DNA of 58,932 bases from Nemertoderma westbladi. Lineage: Eukaryota; Animalia; Xenacoelomorpha. A program made the translations under genes and the position numbers. The DNA is taken from positions 1 through 58,932 of the forward strand of contig JAUCBJ010003314.1 in the NCBI GenBank assembly GCA_032718475.1, written 5' to 3'. Under the pieces are notes generated by a model. That model saw only the letters and a list, made by a program, of their open reading frames with translations. It searched no databases and had not been told where the DNA came from. Below, piece by piece: positions 1-11,300 of this stretch (the stretch's first letter is position 1; each line of letters opens with the position of its first letter).

Positions 1-632
1 CGTATAGCCACCCTGCATAAAAGTATAAGACTACTTTTTGAAATTTTTTGTTAATACAATTTAATACTATTTATAACAAACCTAAAAAATTAGCATAAAT
101 TTGCAGCGCCACCTAGCGGTGCAGAATTATTTTCACAAAATTTCGCCTGATAGTTATGTTGCCCCATCTTTGATCTATCATATAAAAAAACTTTCATGTG
201 ATTAAATTGAAAACTGTAAATGCCTTATTTTATTGTTAACTAATATTAAATAGCAAAAAATAAATTTTTTCTGACCTGTCATAGAATAACATCTTAGGTA
301 CCTATATTCCAAATTATAGCCAAAACCAAACAATTTTGAAACGCTGAGAGTGATAAATCGAAGAGTTGTCCGAAAATGGTATACCCCCGCAATATGACGC
401 TAAATCAAGATTGCTTTCTTCCCATTATATAACATAGTTTACCCGTCTCGATTTGAACGACGTTTGCAAGATACTGCCCATATTAGGTTGCCTGGAAGTA
501 TTATATTATAGTTGTCAAGCTAATCTATAGCAACAAATATTACACAATAAAGGTACCAGTACTGGCCGTATGGAACGCCACTAGCGCCATTCCACTTCTA
601 CTTAACCAGAGTAACTTTTTTTCATATTTTAT

Positions 633-2642
633 GAATAAGTAGTTTTTTCTTTTTGGCTAGAGTAAGGAGCGATTTTTTTCTTATTGGTCAAGAGTAAGTA
701 GTGATTTTTTCTTATTGGCTAGAGTAAGTAGCGATTTTTTCTTATTGGTCAAGAGTAAGTAGTGATTTTTTCTTATTGGCTAGAGAAAGTAGCGATTTTT
801 TCTTATTGATCAAGAGTAATGTTAAAGAAATCTCAAAGGGGATTCTTCCTTTTGATATATTTAATCAAACTATAACATACCAAGGTAATAGTCCTAAGCA
901 CAAGCCGAAACAGAAAATAACCAAAACAATAAACCTGATTTGGCTTCCCAAGCTACTTAATACGAGTGTGGGTGATTTTACACTCAATTGTTCACCTTTC
1001 ACAGAGAAATAAAGCAGTTCGTCGGACAGAACAAATGTTGAATGTGAGAATATATAATATCGCGAATGAGAAGGGAAGTTATTTGCCCTGACCTGGTAAC
1101 CTTGTGCTGAATGAAGTCAGCGATATTACTGCTGCGCTACGCTTGCGACTACTGTAAACTTGCGAACCCGCTACTTTCGGATAACAGCCCAGCGTAAATT
1201 AGTCTGAGATATTTCCTCAGAGTAAATAACTAAACTATTCTCCGCTATGCAGCGTACGAAATCCTTATTTTTTATTCTAAACACTAGAGTAAACTACAAT
1301 TTCTCAAACGTTCGGGGTTACGAACTAATTACTAGGTATTCCAGAATTTGTAACACTAACTAGTTACGTTAATGGGTTACACTAGAAACAGCCCAAATAC
1401 CGTATTATTTGACCTAACAGCAATTAAACAAGCATAAATAGAAATAGAAACAATCCAATAGCGCCTATCTAAAACATAACAATAGAATCAAGCATTTCGG
1501 AACAATACAAACAACAATAACAATAAGCGCAGCCACAATTGCAGCATTAGCGTCAGCATCAGCCTCATTTAACGGTAGCATTAGCGTATAGCGTTAGCAC
1601 TAGCGTAAACGGGCAAGGTGACCCCAAATCAATATGGCCTTTCCTACCTAACTAGCTAGCATTCAGAGACACAATCTAGGTTACCTTACCTTACAGCTTT
1701 AATGACAACCGGCCCCCGGTCTTCAACTTAAATCAGCCCAACCGCAGCCACCAGCCCCGCCAGTACTGCCGCGCATTGGATCCTCCAACTCTCCTTCCGT
1801 CGCTTCCAAATAGTGAGCCCGCGACGCCTACCCTTAGCCCAACATGCTAAAGCGGGCGGTTACCGTAACGGCGTAAAACAAGCAAAACAGTCAGACAGTT
1901 TGAAGAAACAAACGTTGATTTAGGTTTACTAGATTGCGAATTATGATCAAACAATCAGCAATCAAATCAAGAGTCAGACTAAGCAGTAATCATTATTCAA
2001 AGTCACAAATCATAGAAGAAAGCAGAAAATATTACAATCAACAGAAGTGCAAAATACAAAGATTAAATATGGCTACTATCGGGCCCATGATCAGGCGAAA
2101 TCCAGGGTTCTCTCAGCTGGGTTTTCGACCAACCAGTGGGCAGAAGCGCATAATTGCCTTAACTTAATTTGGCAATTATTAAAAGCACGATTCAAACGTT
2201 AATTTAGCACAAATATTGATTTATATAGAAATGTAAACAAAATTAGCACAAATATATTATAGATTCGGTAGATATTAGAAAACGGCAAATTCATATTTTA
2301 GTTTTATAGAAGTTTGCCACCGCGAATTAATATACTAGGGTTTTATTATAAAATTTACGTAATTAAGGCTATACTGTATACAATTGAGTGAATATAAATG
2401 AACCTGTAGATTTTATTCACCCTATCTAATTATATTATCGGTTATACACCAATACGCTTATCTAGTCTGTTCTATACTGTATAATGGGTTGTTTTAGATA
2501 CAACGCCATATATCGCAACAAGTAAGTAGTGATTTTTCTTATTGGCTAGAGTAAGTAGGGATTTTTTCTTATTGGACAAGAGTAAAAAATATTGTTTTTT
2601 TCTTATTGGCTGAGAGTAAGTAGCGATTATTTCTTATTGGCC
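633..2642. repeat. ~30-31-bp minisatellite (AGAGTAAGTAGCGATTTTTTCTTATTGGCT) in two blocks, 633-819 and 2521-2642, split by an insertion
   Basis: About 6 units before and about 4 units after the 820-2520 insertion; the register resumes exactly at AGTAA|GTAG. Confidence 0.85.
820..2520. mobile_element. Probable solo LTR (or internally deleted LTR element), BEL/Pao-like termini
   Basis: Begins TGTT and ends AACA; 5-bp TSD AGTAA at 815-819 and 2521-2525; no credible ORF. The superfamily assignment is inferred from termini and TSD length only. Confidence 0.7.
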
Positions 2643-3246
2643 TATACACATGGTGTACATAGTACTGTAGTATAGTGGGAAGTTCAGTGGTAAGTCTCAA
2701 GAAAGACAGAAATAAGTATTGTTGAAAGTACCAAGGCCTACCAGTAAACTGTACAGAGTACAAATTAAGTCTGTCCAGTGCAGCAGTGTAAAGGCTAGAC
2801 CAGTAGGCAGAGTGTTGTACTGCAGTACATCACAGTATCCGTTGGCCTAATGCTGTAATGAACCCAAAAGACAGAAAGTTGCTAGATGAATTGAATATTA
2901 AGGCATCTGAAATTGTTAAACGTAACTTTAGTTCAACATTATCATACAACTTAACAGAAGTCGCAGCAACCAATGGCTGCGGTCCGGTGCCTTGTCAAGT
3001 TCTTTTAATAAAAGTACCCCTAGTAAACATAGGCCTAAACCTACCGGCATCGATATGACTCCATTCCGTTATCTGATTGATGTACTGTTTTTTTCTACTG
3101 TTTAATTATGTTGGGTCGCCATGCCCATGACAACAAAAAAAGGTTCAGCTAGTTAGGAAGGGCTATGCTATCAATGGCCTCAGATTGACAAAGCATATAT
3201 CACAATAGCAGGTATTTAGCACAATTAAAACTGCGTTTTCGGAAAG

Positions 3247-4345
3247 TTGGGAGCTGGAATTAGTGGGTCCATATCGCTGCTGATGAGTTGTTATAAAAAT
3301 TTAACTGAAACAAATTTACCTAAAGTTGAACCACTTAATGGTGTAAATATATATAATTTTTGCAAAAAACAACGCAGTAAGATAGTTTATGTTCTAATGG
3401 ATATCGGCATTGGTCAGAATCAGAATGCAACTACCGGTACTAATCCTGCCGACATAGAGATTGAAACTGAAACTATACTATTAATTCCTATTCCTACTAT
3501 TACTATTGTTTCTCGTAGCAATACAGGTAATCGGTGTGCTTGTGGTCGAACCAATGTAGAAATGGTGGACGAGTCAATATGTTTGATCTGTCAACAAGAC
3601 GATGAACTTCAACATAATATGACCGTTGAGAATATGAAACAAAGTGATCATTGTAACAATACCTCCATGACTGGAATTATTGATGAGCCAGTCAGTTTAA
3701 CACGCAAGGAGTTGGTGATTCAACGTTCCATGTATTTTCAGCGTCGAGGTAATAGTTCTAATATTGCAACTGAAATTGAAGAGGTTACTGGGTGCTATCG
3801 ACGAAAATGTAGTTCCCATTGAGAGTTGTTTGCAGAGACCTCGCCGGCCTGTAGGGCCACCACCAAGACATGGGGACTTTGCTACCTGTACTGATGCTGT
3901 TGAGGTTGACATCGAGGAAGCCTACGAATATCTCCCTATGTCACATGAGTATGACAATACACTGGAACTCGATGTTGAAGTCTTAGTTGCTGATCCTATA
4001 AAAATAAATAATTCTGTATTCGATAACGTTGTTGCTTTCTTTCATAAAGAAGATTCCCTTACTTGTAATGATTCCCTTACTTGTCAACGAGAAAGGCATT
4101 GATGATCATGGAGTCACCCGTGAACTATTAACCATTTTCTGGGATGAGGTATATGTTAAAGCGACGAAGGGTTCTACTACTCTAATTACAATCATGAATC
4201 ATGAAATGAATCCATTACTCTCAATCCCACGGTTCAACAACATAAACCTATCAATATCATAGTTCTCCATTAATATGAAAACAATAAAATAGGAAATGGG
4301 GTCTTCTTCCCTCAGATACTACCTAGCATTTAGGGCCACTGTTAG
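3247..4345 (+). pseudogene. Fragmented companion ORF with a HECT-like N-lobe motif, convergent with the transposase
   Basis: EKGIDDHGVTRELLTIFWDEV resembles the HECT E-x-G-x-D-x-GG-x-RE motif; a downstream FFPQIL segment; several frameshifts. Confidence 0.4.
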
Positions 4346-4348
4346 TAC

Positions 4349-5070
4349 TCAGGCACTAAGGCGTATTAAAAAATGAAATACCAAATCGATTGTAGTGCTC
4401 CCAACAATATAATGTTGGAATGCACCTCCTATTAATATCACAATCCCTCTAAAGTCGTGGTTGTCTAACATCATATAATAGTTCTCCATGCCATGGTCAC
4501 CATGAACTCGTACTGGCAGCCCATTTTCATTGACTGCATTTAAGAAATACTGATAAGCAACTGAGTCTTTGTAATTGTCACTCACTTCAAGTGATGTGAC
4601 TAACATAATTGGATATATATCGATGGATATATTATATCCATCGATTATTCCCTGAAAAACGAATCGCCGCCAGTCTATCAATTTATGGCTGGTATCAACG
4701 TGCCACAAAAAGTTTGCTTTTTTAATGTCATTACTGCACCGAATTACAGCAGTATTGGAATGATGCTCGGTGCCCATTGAATGGAGAATATTCATGCGGT
4801 CGTGAACTCTCCAATGCTGTATATGTATACCCCTCGACCACAAAGCCCCGTTCATGTAGACTTCTCCCACATTAGGCGTCAGACCCATTATTTCCTGTAT
4901 GATAGTATCTAAAATATCATCCGATATATCACTAAATCGTAGCAATCCAAAGTCAGAACGACAATGAACAACCGTGCATTTACTAACACAAAGAGCATTC
5001 GCTATTTCTGCATTTTCCTAAGATCATGCAGTTGTTTAAATGTACGTTTGTCCACATCAATTGTAGGTCG
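4349..5070 (-). pseudogene. Degenerate integrase-core (rve-like DDE) transposase, IS3EU-like
   Basis: Motifs RFSDISDD-x-LD, PNVGE-x5-AL-x-SRGI, NFLWHVDTSHKLI-x-W, FQGIIDGY and GLPVRVHGDHGMEN. A frameshifted upstream HTH-like segment reads RPTIDV...AEIANALCVSKCTV. The C-terminus is deleted. Confidence 0.7.
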
Positions 5071-5471
5071 AGCTTAGGATCGCTGAAAAAAGATGAGATG
5101 AGCACTATACTAAAAAGTTTACTTGACAAGAACGTACAGACGGCTGGTACCAGTATTGTAACAATAACAGCGCAATAATTAACGAGATCCGAGGTTTAGA
5201 GCAGTACTTCGAAGATAAATTTACTTTACAAGCCGCAGAAATGAAAAATGTGAAAGAGTAGAGTAGAGGAGCCTACTTAATCATATCTCTCTTTAAACGA
5301 TCTTTACTATCTGCAACAAAATCAGTTCCCCAATTCAATCGTTCCGAAAATATCTAAACGCCGGTGTATTTTAGCACATTTACATAAATCATAAACAAAA
5401 TATAATGGGTCTTCTTTCTGCCAAATAGTTTTATGTTTAGACATTGACTTCTTTATATTATTATCAATTAA

Positions 5472-7038
5472 CCCTATTAAACCCGGGGGGGGGGGGGGGG
5501 GTGGCGTCAATATGACCCATCCCGTGGCTTTTTTATTATAATTCTGAAACAAACGCAGTTGGGAATCTGAAATTTATGACTTTTCCTAAAATTCTATTGT
5601 CTTCCTAGTAGTGAAAACCGTTTTAAAAAATATTGGGTAGTTTTTGAGTTATAGCACCATTTTTTAACCCTACTTTTGGCACTTTTTTTTGAGACGTTTT
5701 TTGAAAATTACATTTCATTAAATATTAATTGTCACATCTCTATTTTTGATTTACACCGGTTTTTTGGTGTTCGCAATTGGATGGAATTCATATAAATTGA
5801 TTTAGAAATCTCAAACTTGTTTTTCTCTGCGGGTGCCAAATTTTGGTGCTAGCACCAAATTTTGAAATATGTCAATTTTGTAAATTGATTGTTTGAAACT
5901 TGTTTTTTACGCAATTGGGGTTTTTTGGGGTTCTGGTTTCGATGAAATATATACGAGTTGCACCAAGCGTATCAAACTTGTATTTTTCGGTGCTTTGTGC
6001 AAATTTTGGTGCTAGCACGAAATTTTGAAAATCAATTCAATAGATAAAATTGCTTGTGACAATTTATTTCTTTCGTTTTAGAGGTTTATGGCTGTTCTGA
6101 ATTCAATGGAATATATAATTATCGAACTAGACATCTCAAACTTGTATTTTTCGGAAGTGGGTGCAAAATGTGGTGCTGGCACCAAATTTTGAAAACCATC
6201 AAATATAGCATTTGATTATGTCACCTTGTTTCTTGCGGTATACGGGTTTGTTAGGGTTCGGAATTCAATGGAATCAGTAAAAATTTCATAAGAGTTTTTA
6301 AACTTGTATTTTTCGCCGGTGGGTGAAAATTGTTGTGCCAGCACCAAATTTTGGAAAATGAGTAAATTGATCAGTAGATAATATCATCTTGTTTCTTGCG
6401 TTATACGGGTTTATGAGGGTCCTGAATCCGATGGAATCAATAAAAACAGCACTGGAGATCGCAAACTTGTACTTTTTGGTGATGGTACGAAATTTGGTGC
6501 TAGCACCAAAATTTGCCAAATTACGCCGAAAAATACAATTAGCAATGATCTGGCATATTTGAAATGTATTCCATTAGAATCAGCGCCCTAGAAAACCTGA
6601 AAATGTGAATTTATAGCATCGTATAAGTGAATTAAAAATTTTGTGTTCTAACTGAAAAGTGCTGGCTACTTGTTTTTTTCAATTTTTTCCTACGCAGAGA
6701 CGACTAAACAGCCATTTATGGTAATCATATCATTTTTAAATATTTTGCAATGTATTGTGCGCCCCAGAAAACCTGTATTGAAAAACAATTAACCGAAAAA
6801 TGTAACTTTCAAATTTTGTGAAAATTGTGCACTACTTGTAATTTTGGTGCTGCAATATTACCACCCCAGTACATTCTTTCGAAATTTTTTTTTTCGGTCG
6901 GATCCAGACTAGTGATACCTACGTACAAACAAAAAAATCAGACGTTTTCGTTAATATTTGTAGATTTTAGAGGGAGGGGTCAATATGACCCCCCCCCCCG
7001 GTATTTGTACAGCATTTTATAGCCCGGTACTAATAGGG
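5472..7038 (+). mobile_element. Non-autonomous piggyBac-type element, copy 1
   Basis: TTAA at 5468-5471 and 7039-7042; TIR CCCTATTAAACCCGGG vs CCCTATTAGTACCGGG; internal ~120-180-bp repeats with the palindrome TTTGGTGCTAGCACCAAA. Confidence 0.85.
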
Positions 7039-7226
7039 TTAAGGGTTTCACTTCTGCAATACCAAATTCTACTAAACACATGGTATTTCGCGTAGTATTT
7101 CTTACGTTTAGCAAAATTTTAACTGTTTCATAAAAATACAGTTAACCTCACGCACGTTATACTTTACTATCCACGTATCACTGGAATAGAGTATATTAGA
7201 CATTATAGCACTATCAAAAAAAAACA

Positions 7227-7490
7227 GCAGCTTGTTCTAGTGGTGACATTACTGTGCTTCCGATTAGGGAGCCCGGGTTCGATCCCTAGATGGGGCAGCA
7301 CTGTTTGGGCACAGTGCTTTAAATGTTGCAGCCTAGCCCATAGCCCAACCCCGGCTTTCATCCTTCAGTGGTCGATAAATGGGAACCAAGGCAACTTGGG
7401 AAACAGAGTGGAAGGGTTTACTGTGGAAGATCACCCATGGTGGTGAATAGGCATTCCTTGGCTTAACGAGCCTAAAAGATTCTCCCATTC
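7227..7490 (+). mobile_element. tRNA-derived SINE with Deu/Nin-like core
   Basis: A-box-like GTTCTAGTGGT, B box GGTTCGATCCC, and core GCTTTCATCCTTCAGTGGTCGATAAATGGGAACC similar to the core of the 44.7-kb SINE. The 3' end is approximate. Confidence 0.6.
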
Positions 7491-8203
7491 AAAAATAGCT
7501 TTTTTTAAAATCTAAATGGTATATTAGAATTTACAGCACAAAATGTAGCAAATTTCCTATCTCGTTTTGCACATTCTCTTAAATGTAACTGAATAACTTC
7601 TAAGAGTCCCAACTTGGGTGAAAATAGCACCTAAGTAAACATAATTAATGATCAGCATTATCTGCTGTTAAGTCGTTAAAAGCAAACAGTCCCTTGTCGT
7701 CCTTGTCGTCCGTTTATTACCATAAATTTAGTTTTACGCTTACTAATCCCGTGTATCCCGTGTGATCTACAAAAATCAATCAAAATTTTAATTCAATAAA
7801 TATATCTATCTATCTATGCATAGATATATGATATATATTGATATATGATATATATATATCTATATGGGTGTTTTTAAATTATATCTCATGTGGCGGTCCA
7901 GATCGGTCCAGTTCGGTCTAGATCGTTTAGAGTTTACTACAATTATTTCCTTTTTGTTTCGTGACGTCTTGTTTCATTTCCTTTTTGTATCTTTATAACC
8001 TAATTTATATAACTTTTAATATATATATTTATTTTTAATTTAATAACTTTTAATAATTAATTTTAACACACAACGCTTTGTTGTAATAAAGAAATATAAT
8101 TGTCATAACCTAATTTAAATTATTTGTAATTTTTCTATTTTTATTTTTACAATATAATTGTTCACATAACAGCAACAACAAATGATCGGAACTTTCCTTG
8201 CAG

Positions 8204-8389
8204 GGTTTGCTAATCACAACTGTTTGGACCCTATATACGCTGAAGGAAGAACCATCCAAACACACATTGACGCCTCTGCAACTGGTGACATTCTTTATAT
8301 GTATTCAAGTAATGGTCTTATCTGTAGGAACACTGACCAGACTAGTGACGTACAATGCAGCGATTACGAGATACGTTTCTGCTGCCCTG
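8204..8389 (+). CDS. Exon B1, C-terminal half of CysD/WxxW domain
   Basis: ttgcag|GG...CCT G|gtatgt; (W)FANHNCLDPIYAEGRTIQTHIDASATGDILYMYSSNGLICRNTDQTSDVQCSDYEIRFCCP. Confidence 0.9.
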
Positions 8390-11300
8390 GTATGTTTATT
8401 TTATATTATTGTGACGAAACCAAATAGCTGAAAGTGTGAAATTATTTATTTGAACAATTTTATATATAAATTATTTATGTAGGATTAGGTCCATATTTGT
8501 CCCACATTTAGATTTGTATAACTATATAAATCGCCTTTCCAATACAAATTTAATTTAAACAGACTAACATTTCACGTTTCTTGGTAATTCTCATTTCTTG
8601 CTTGGCTCTCCGTATGTTTCTGTCACGTTTCTTTGTAATTCTCATTTCTTGCTTGGCTCTCCGTATGTTTCTTTCACTTTTCTCGGTATTTCTCATTTCT
8701 TGCTTGGCTCTCCGTATGTTTCTTTCACTTTTCTCGGTAATTCTCATTTCTTGCTTGGCTCTCCGTATGTTTCTTTCACTTTTCTCGGTAATTCTCATTT
8801 CTTGCTTGGCTCTCCGTATGTTTCTTTCACGTTTCTTGGTAATTATCATTTCTTGCTTGGCTCTCCGTATGTTTTTTTTCACTTTTCTCGGTAATTCTCA
8901 TTTCTTGCTTGGCTCTCCGTATGTTTCTTTCACTTTTCTCGGTAATTCTCATTTCTTGCTTGGCTCTCCGTATGTTTCTTTCACTTTTCTCGGTAATTCT
9001 CATTTCTTGCTTGGCTCTCCGTATGTTTCTTTCACGTTTCTTGGTAATTATCATTTCTTGCTTGGTTCTTCGTATGTTTCTTTCACTTTTCTTGGTAATT
9101 CTCATTTCTTGCTTGGCTCTCCGTATGTTTCTTTCACTTTTCTCGGTAATTCTCATTTCTTGCTTGGCTCTCCGTATGTTTCTTTCACGTTTCTTGGTAA
9201 TTCTCATTTCTTGCTTGGCTCTCCTTATGTTTTTTTCACGTTTCTTGGTAATTCTCATTTCTTGCTTGGTTCTCCGTATGTTTCTTTCACTTTTCTCGGT
9301 AATTCTCATTTCTTGCTTGGCTCTCCGTATGTTTCTTTCACTTTTCTCGGTAATTCTCATTTCTTGCTTGGCTCTCCGTATGTTTCTTTCACGTTTCTTG
9401 GTAATTATCATTTCTTGCTTGGCTCTCCGTATGTTTTTTTCACTTTTCTCGGTAATTCTCATTTCTTGCTTGGCTCTCCGTATGTTTCTTTCACTTTTCT
9501 GGGCAATTCTCATTTATTGCTTGGCTCTCCGTATGTTTCTTTCACTTTTCTCGGTAATTCTCATTTCTTGCTTGGCTCTCCTTATGTTTCTTTCACGTTT
9601 CTTGGTAATTCTCATTTCTTGCTTGGCTGTCCGTACTTGGTAATTCTCATTTCTTGCTTGTCTCTGTATGTTTATTTTATGTTTCTCGGTAATTCTCACT
9701 TCTTACTTGTCTCTCCGTATGTTTCTTTCACTTTTCTCGGTAATTCTCATTTCTTGCTTGGCTCTCCGTATGTTTCTTTCACTTTTCTCGGTAATTCTCA
9801 TTTCTTGCTTGGCTCTCCGTAAGTTTCTTTCACTTTTCTCGGTAATTCTCATTTCTTGCTTGGCTCTCCGTATGTTTCTTTCACGTTTCTTGGTAATTAT
9901 CATTTCTTGCTTGGCTTTCCGTATGTTTCTTTCACTTTTCTCGGTAATTCTCATTTCTTGCTTGGCTCTCCGTATGTTTCTTTCACGTTTCTTGGTAATT
10001 CTCAGTTTTTTCTTGTCTCTCCGTATATATCTTTCATGTTTCTTGGTAATTCTCATTTCTTGCTTGGCTCTCCGTATGTTTCTTTCACTTTTCTCGGTAA
10101 TTCTCATTTCTTGCTTGGCTCTCCGTATGTTTCTTTCACTTTTCTCGGTAATTCTCATTTCTTGCTTGGCTCTCCGTATGTTTCTTTCACGTTTCTTGGT
10201 AATTATCATTTCTTGCTTGGCTTTCCGTATGTTTCTTTCACTTTTCTCGGTAATTATCATTTCTTGCTTGGCTCTCCGTATGTTTCTTTCACGTTTCTTG
10301 GTAATTCTCAGTTTTTTCTTGTCTCTCCGTATATATCTTTCATGTTTCTTGGTAATTCTCATTTCTTGCTTGGCTCTCCGTAGGTTTCTTTCACTTTTCT
10401 CGGTAATTCTCATTTCTTGCTTGGCTCTCCGTAGGTTTCTTTCACGTTTCTTGGTAATTCTCATTTTTTTCTTGTCTTTCCGTATATATCTTTCATGTTT
10501 CTTGGTAATTCTCATTTCTTGCTTGTCTCTCCGTATGTTTCTTTCACGTTTCTTGGTAGTTCTCATTTCTTGTTTGGCTCTCCATATGTTTCTTTCACTT
10601 TTCTCGGTAATTCTCATTTCTTGCTTGGTTGTCCGTATGTTTCTTTCACGTTTCTTGGTAATTATCATTTCTTGTTTGGCTCTCCGTATGTATTTTTCAC
10701 TTTTCTCGGTAATTCCCATTTCTTGCTTGGCTCTCCGTATGTTTCTTTCACTTTTCTCGGCAATTCTCATTTCTTGCGTGGCTCTCCGTATGTTTCTTTC
10801 ATGTTTCTTGGTAATTCTCATTTCTTGCTTGGCTCTCCGTATGTTTCTTTCACGTTTCTTGGTAATTCTCATTTCTTGTTTGGCTCTCCATATGTTTCTT
10901 TCACTTTTCTAGGTAATTCTCATTTCTTGCTTGGTTCTCCGTATGTTTCTTTCACGTTTCTTGGTAATTCTCATTTCTTGTTTGGCTCTCCGTCTCCGTA
11001 TGTATTTTTCACTTTTCTCGGTAATTCCCATTTCTTGCTTGGCTCTCCGTATGTTTCTTTCACTTTTCTCGGTAATTCTCATTTCTTGCGTGGCTCTCCG
11101 TATGTTTCTGTCACGTTTCTTTGTAATTCTCATTTCTTGCTTGGCTCTCCGTATGTTTCTTTCACTTTTCTCGGTAATTCTCATTTCTTGCTTGGCTCTC
11201 CGTATGTTTCTTTCAAGTTTCTTGGTATTTCTCAATTTTTTCTTGTCTCTCCGTATGTATCTTTCATGTTTCTTGGTAATTCTCATTTCTTGCTTGGCTC

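Noticed and set aside
7227-7300. Functional tRNA gene (also 44860-44927)
   Set aside because: A and B boxes are present, but the cloverleaf stems are broken and both heads run into SINE core sequence.
1-8203. An A-type exon or first exon upstream of B1
   Set aside because: No WYDRD/GDWED-coding sequence or signal-peptide exon was seen; it is presumably upstream of the window.
8182-8427. ORF-track single-exon versions of the B exons (8182, 35472, 37311, 41030, 42476, 45067, 49933) as separate small genes
   Set aside because: Similarity among them begins and ends exactly at AG and GT splice sites; the flanking residues are intron read-through.
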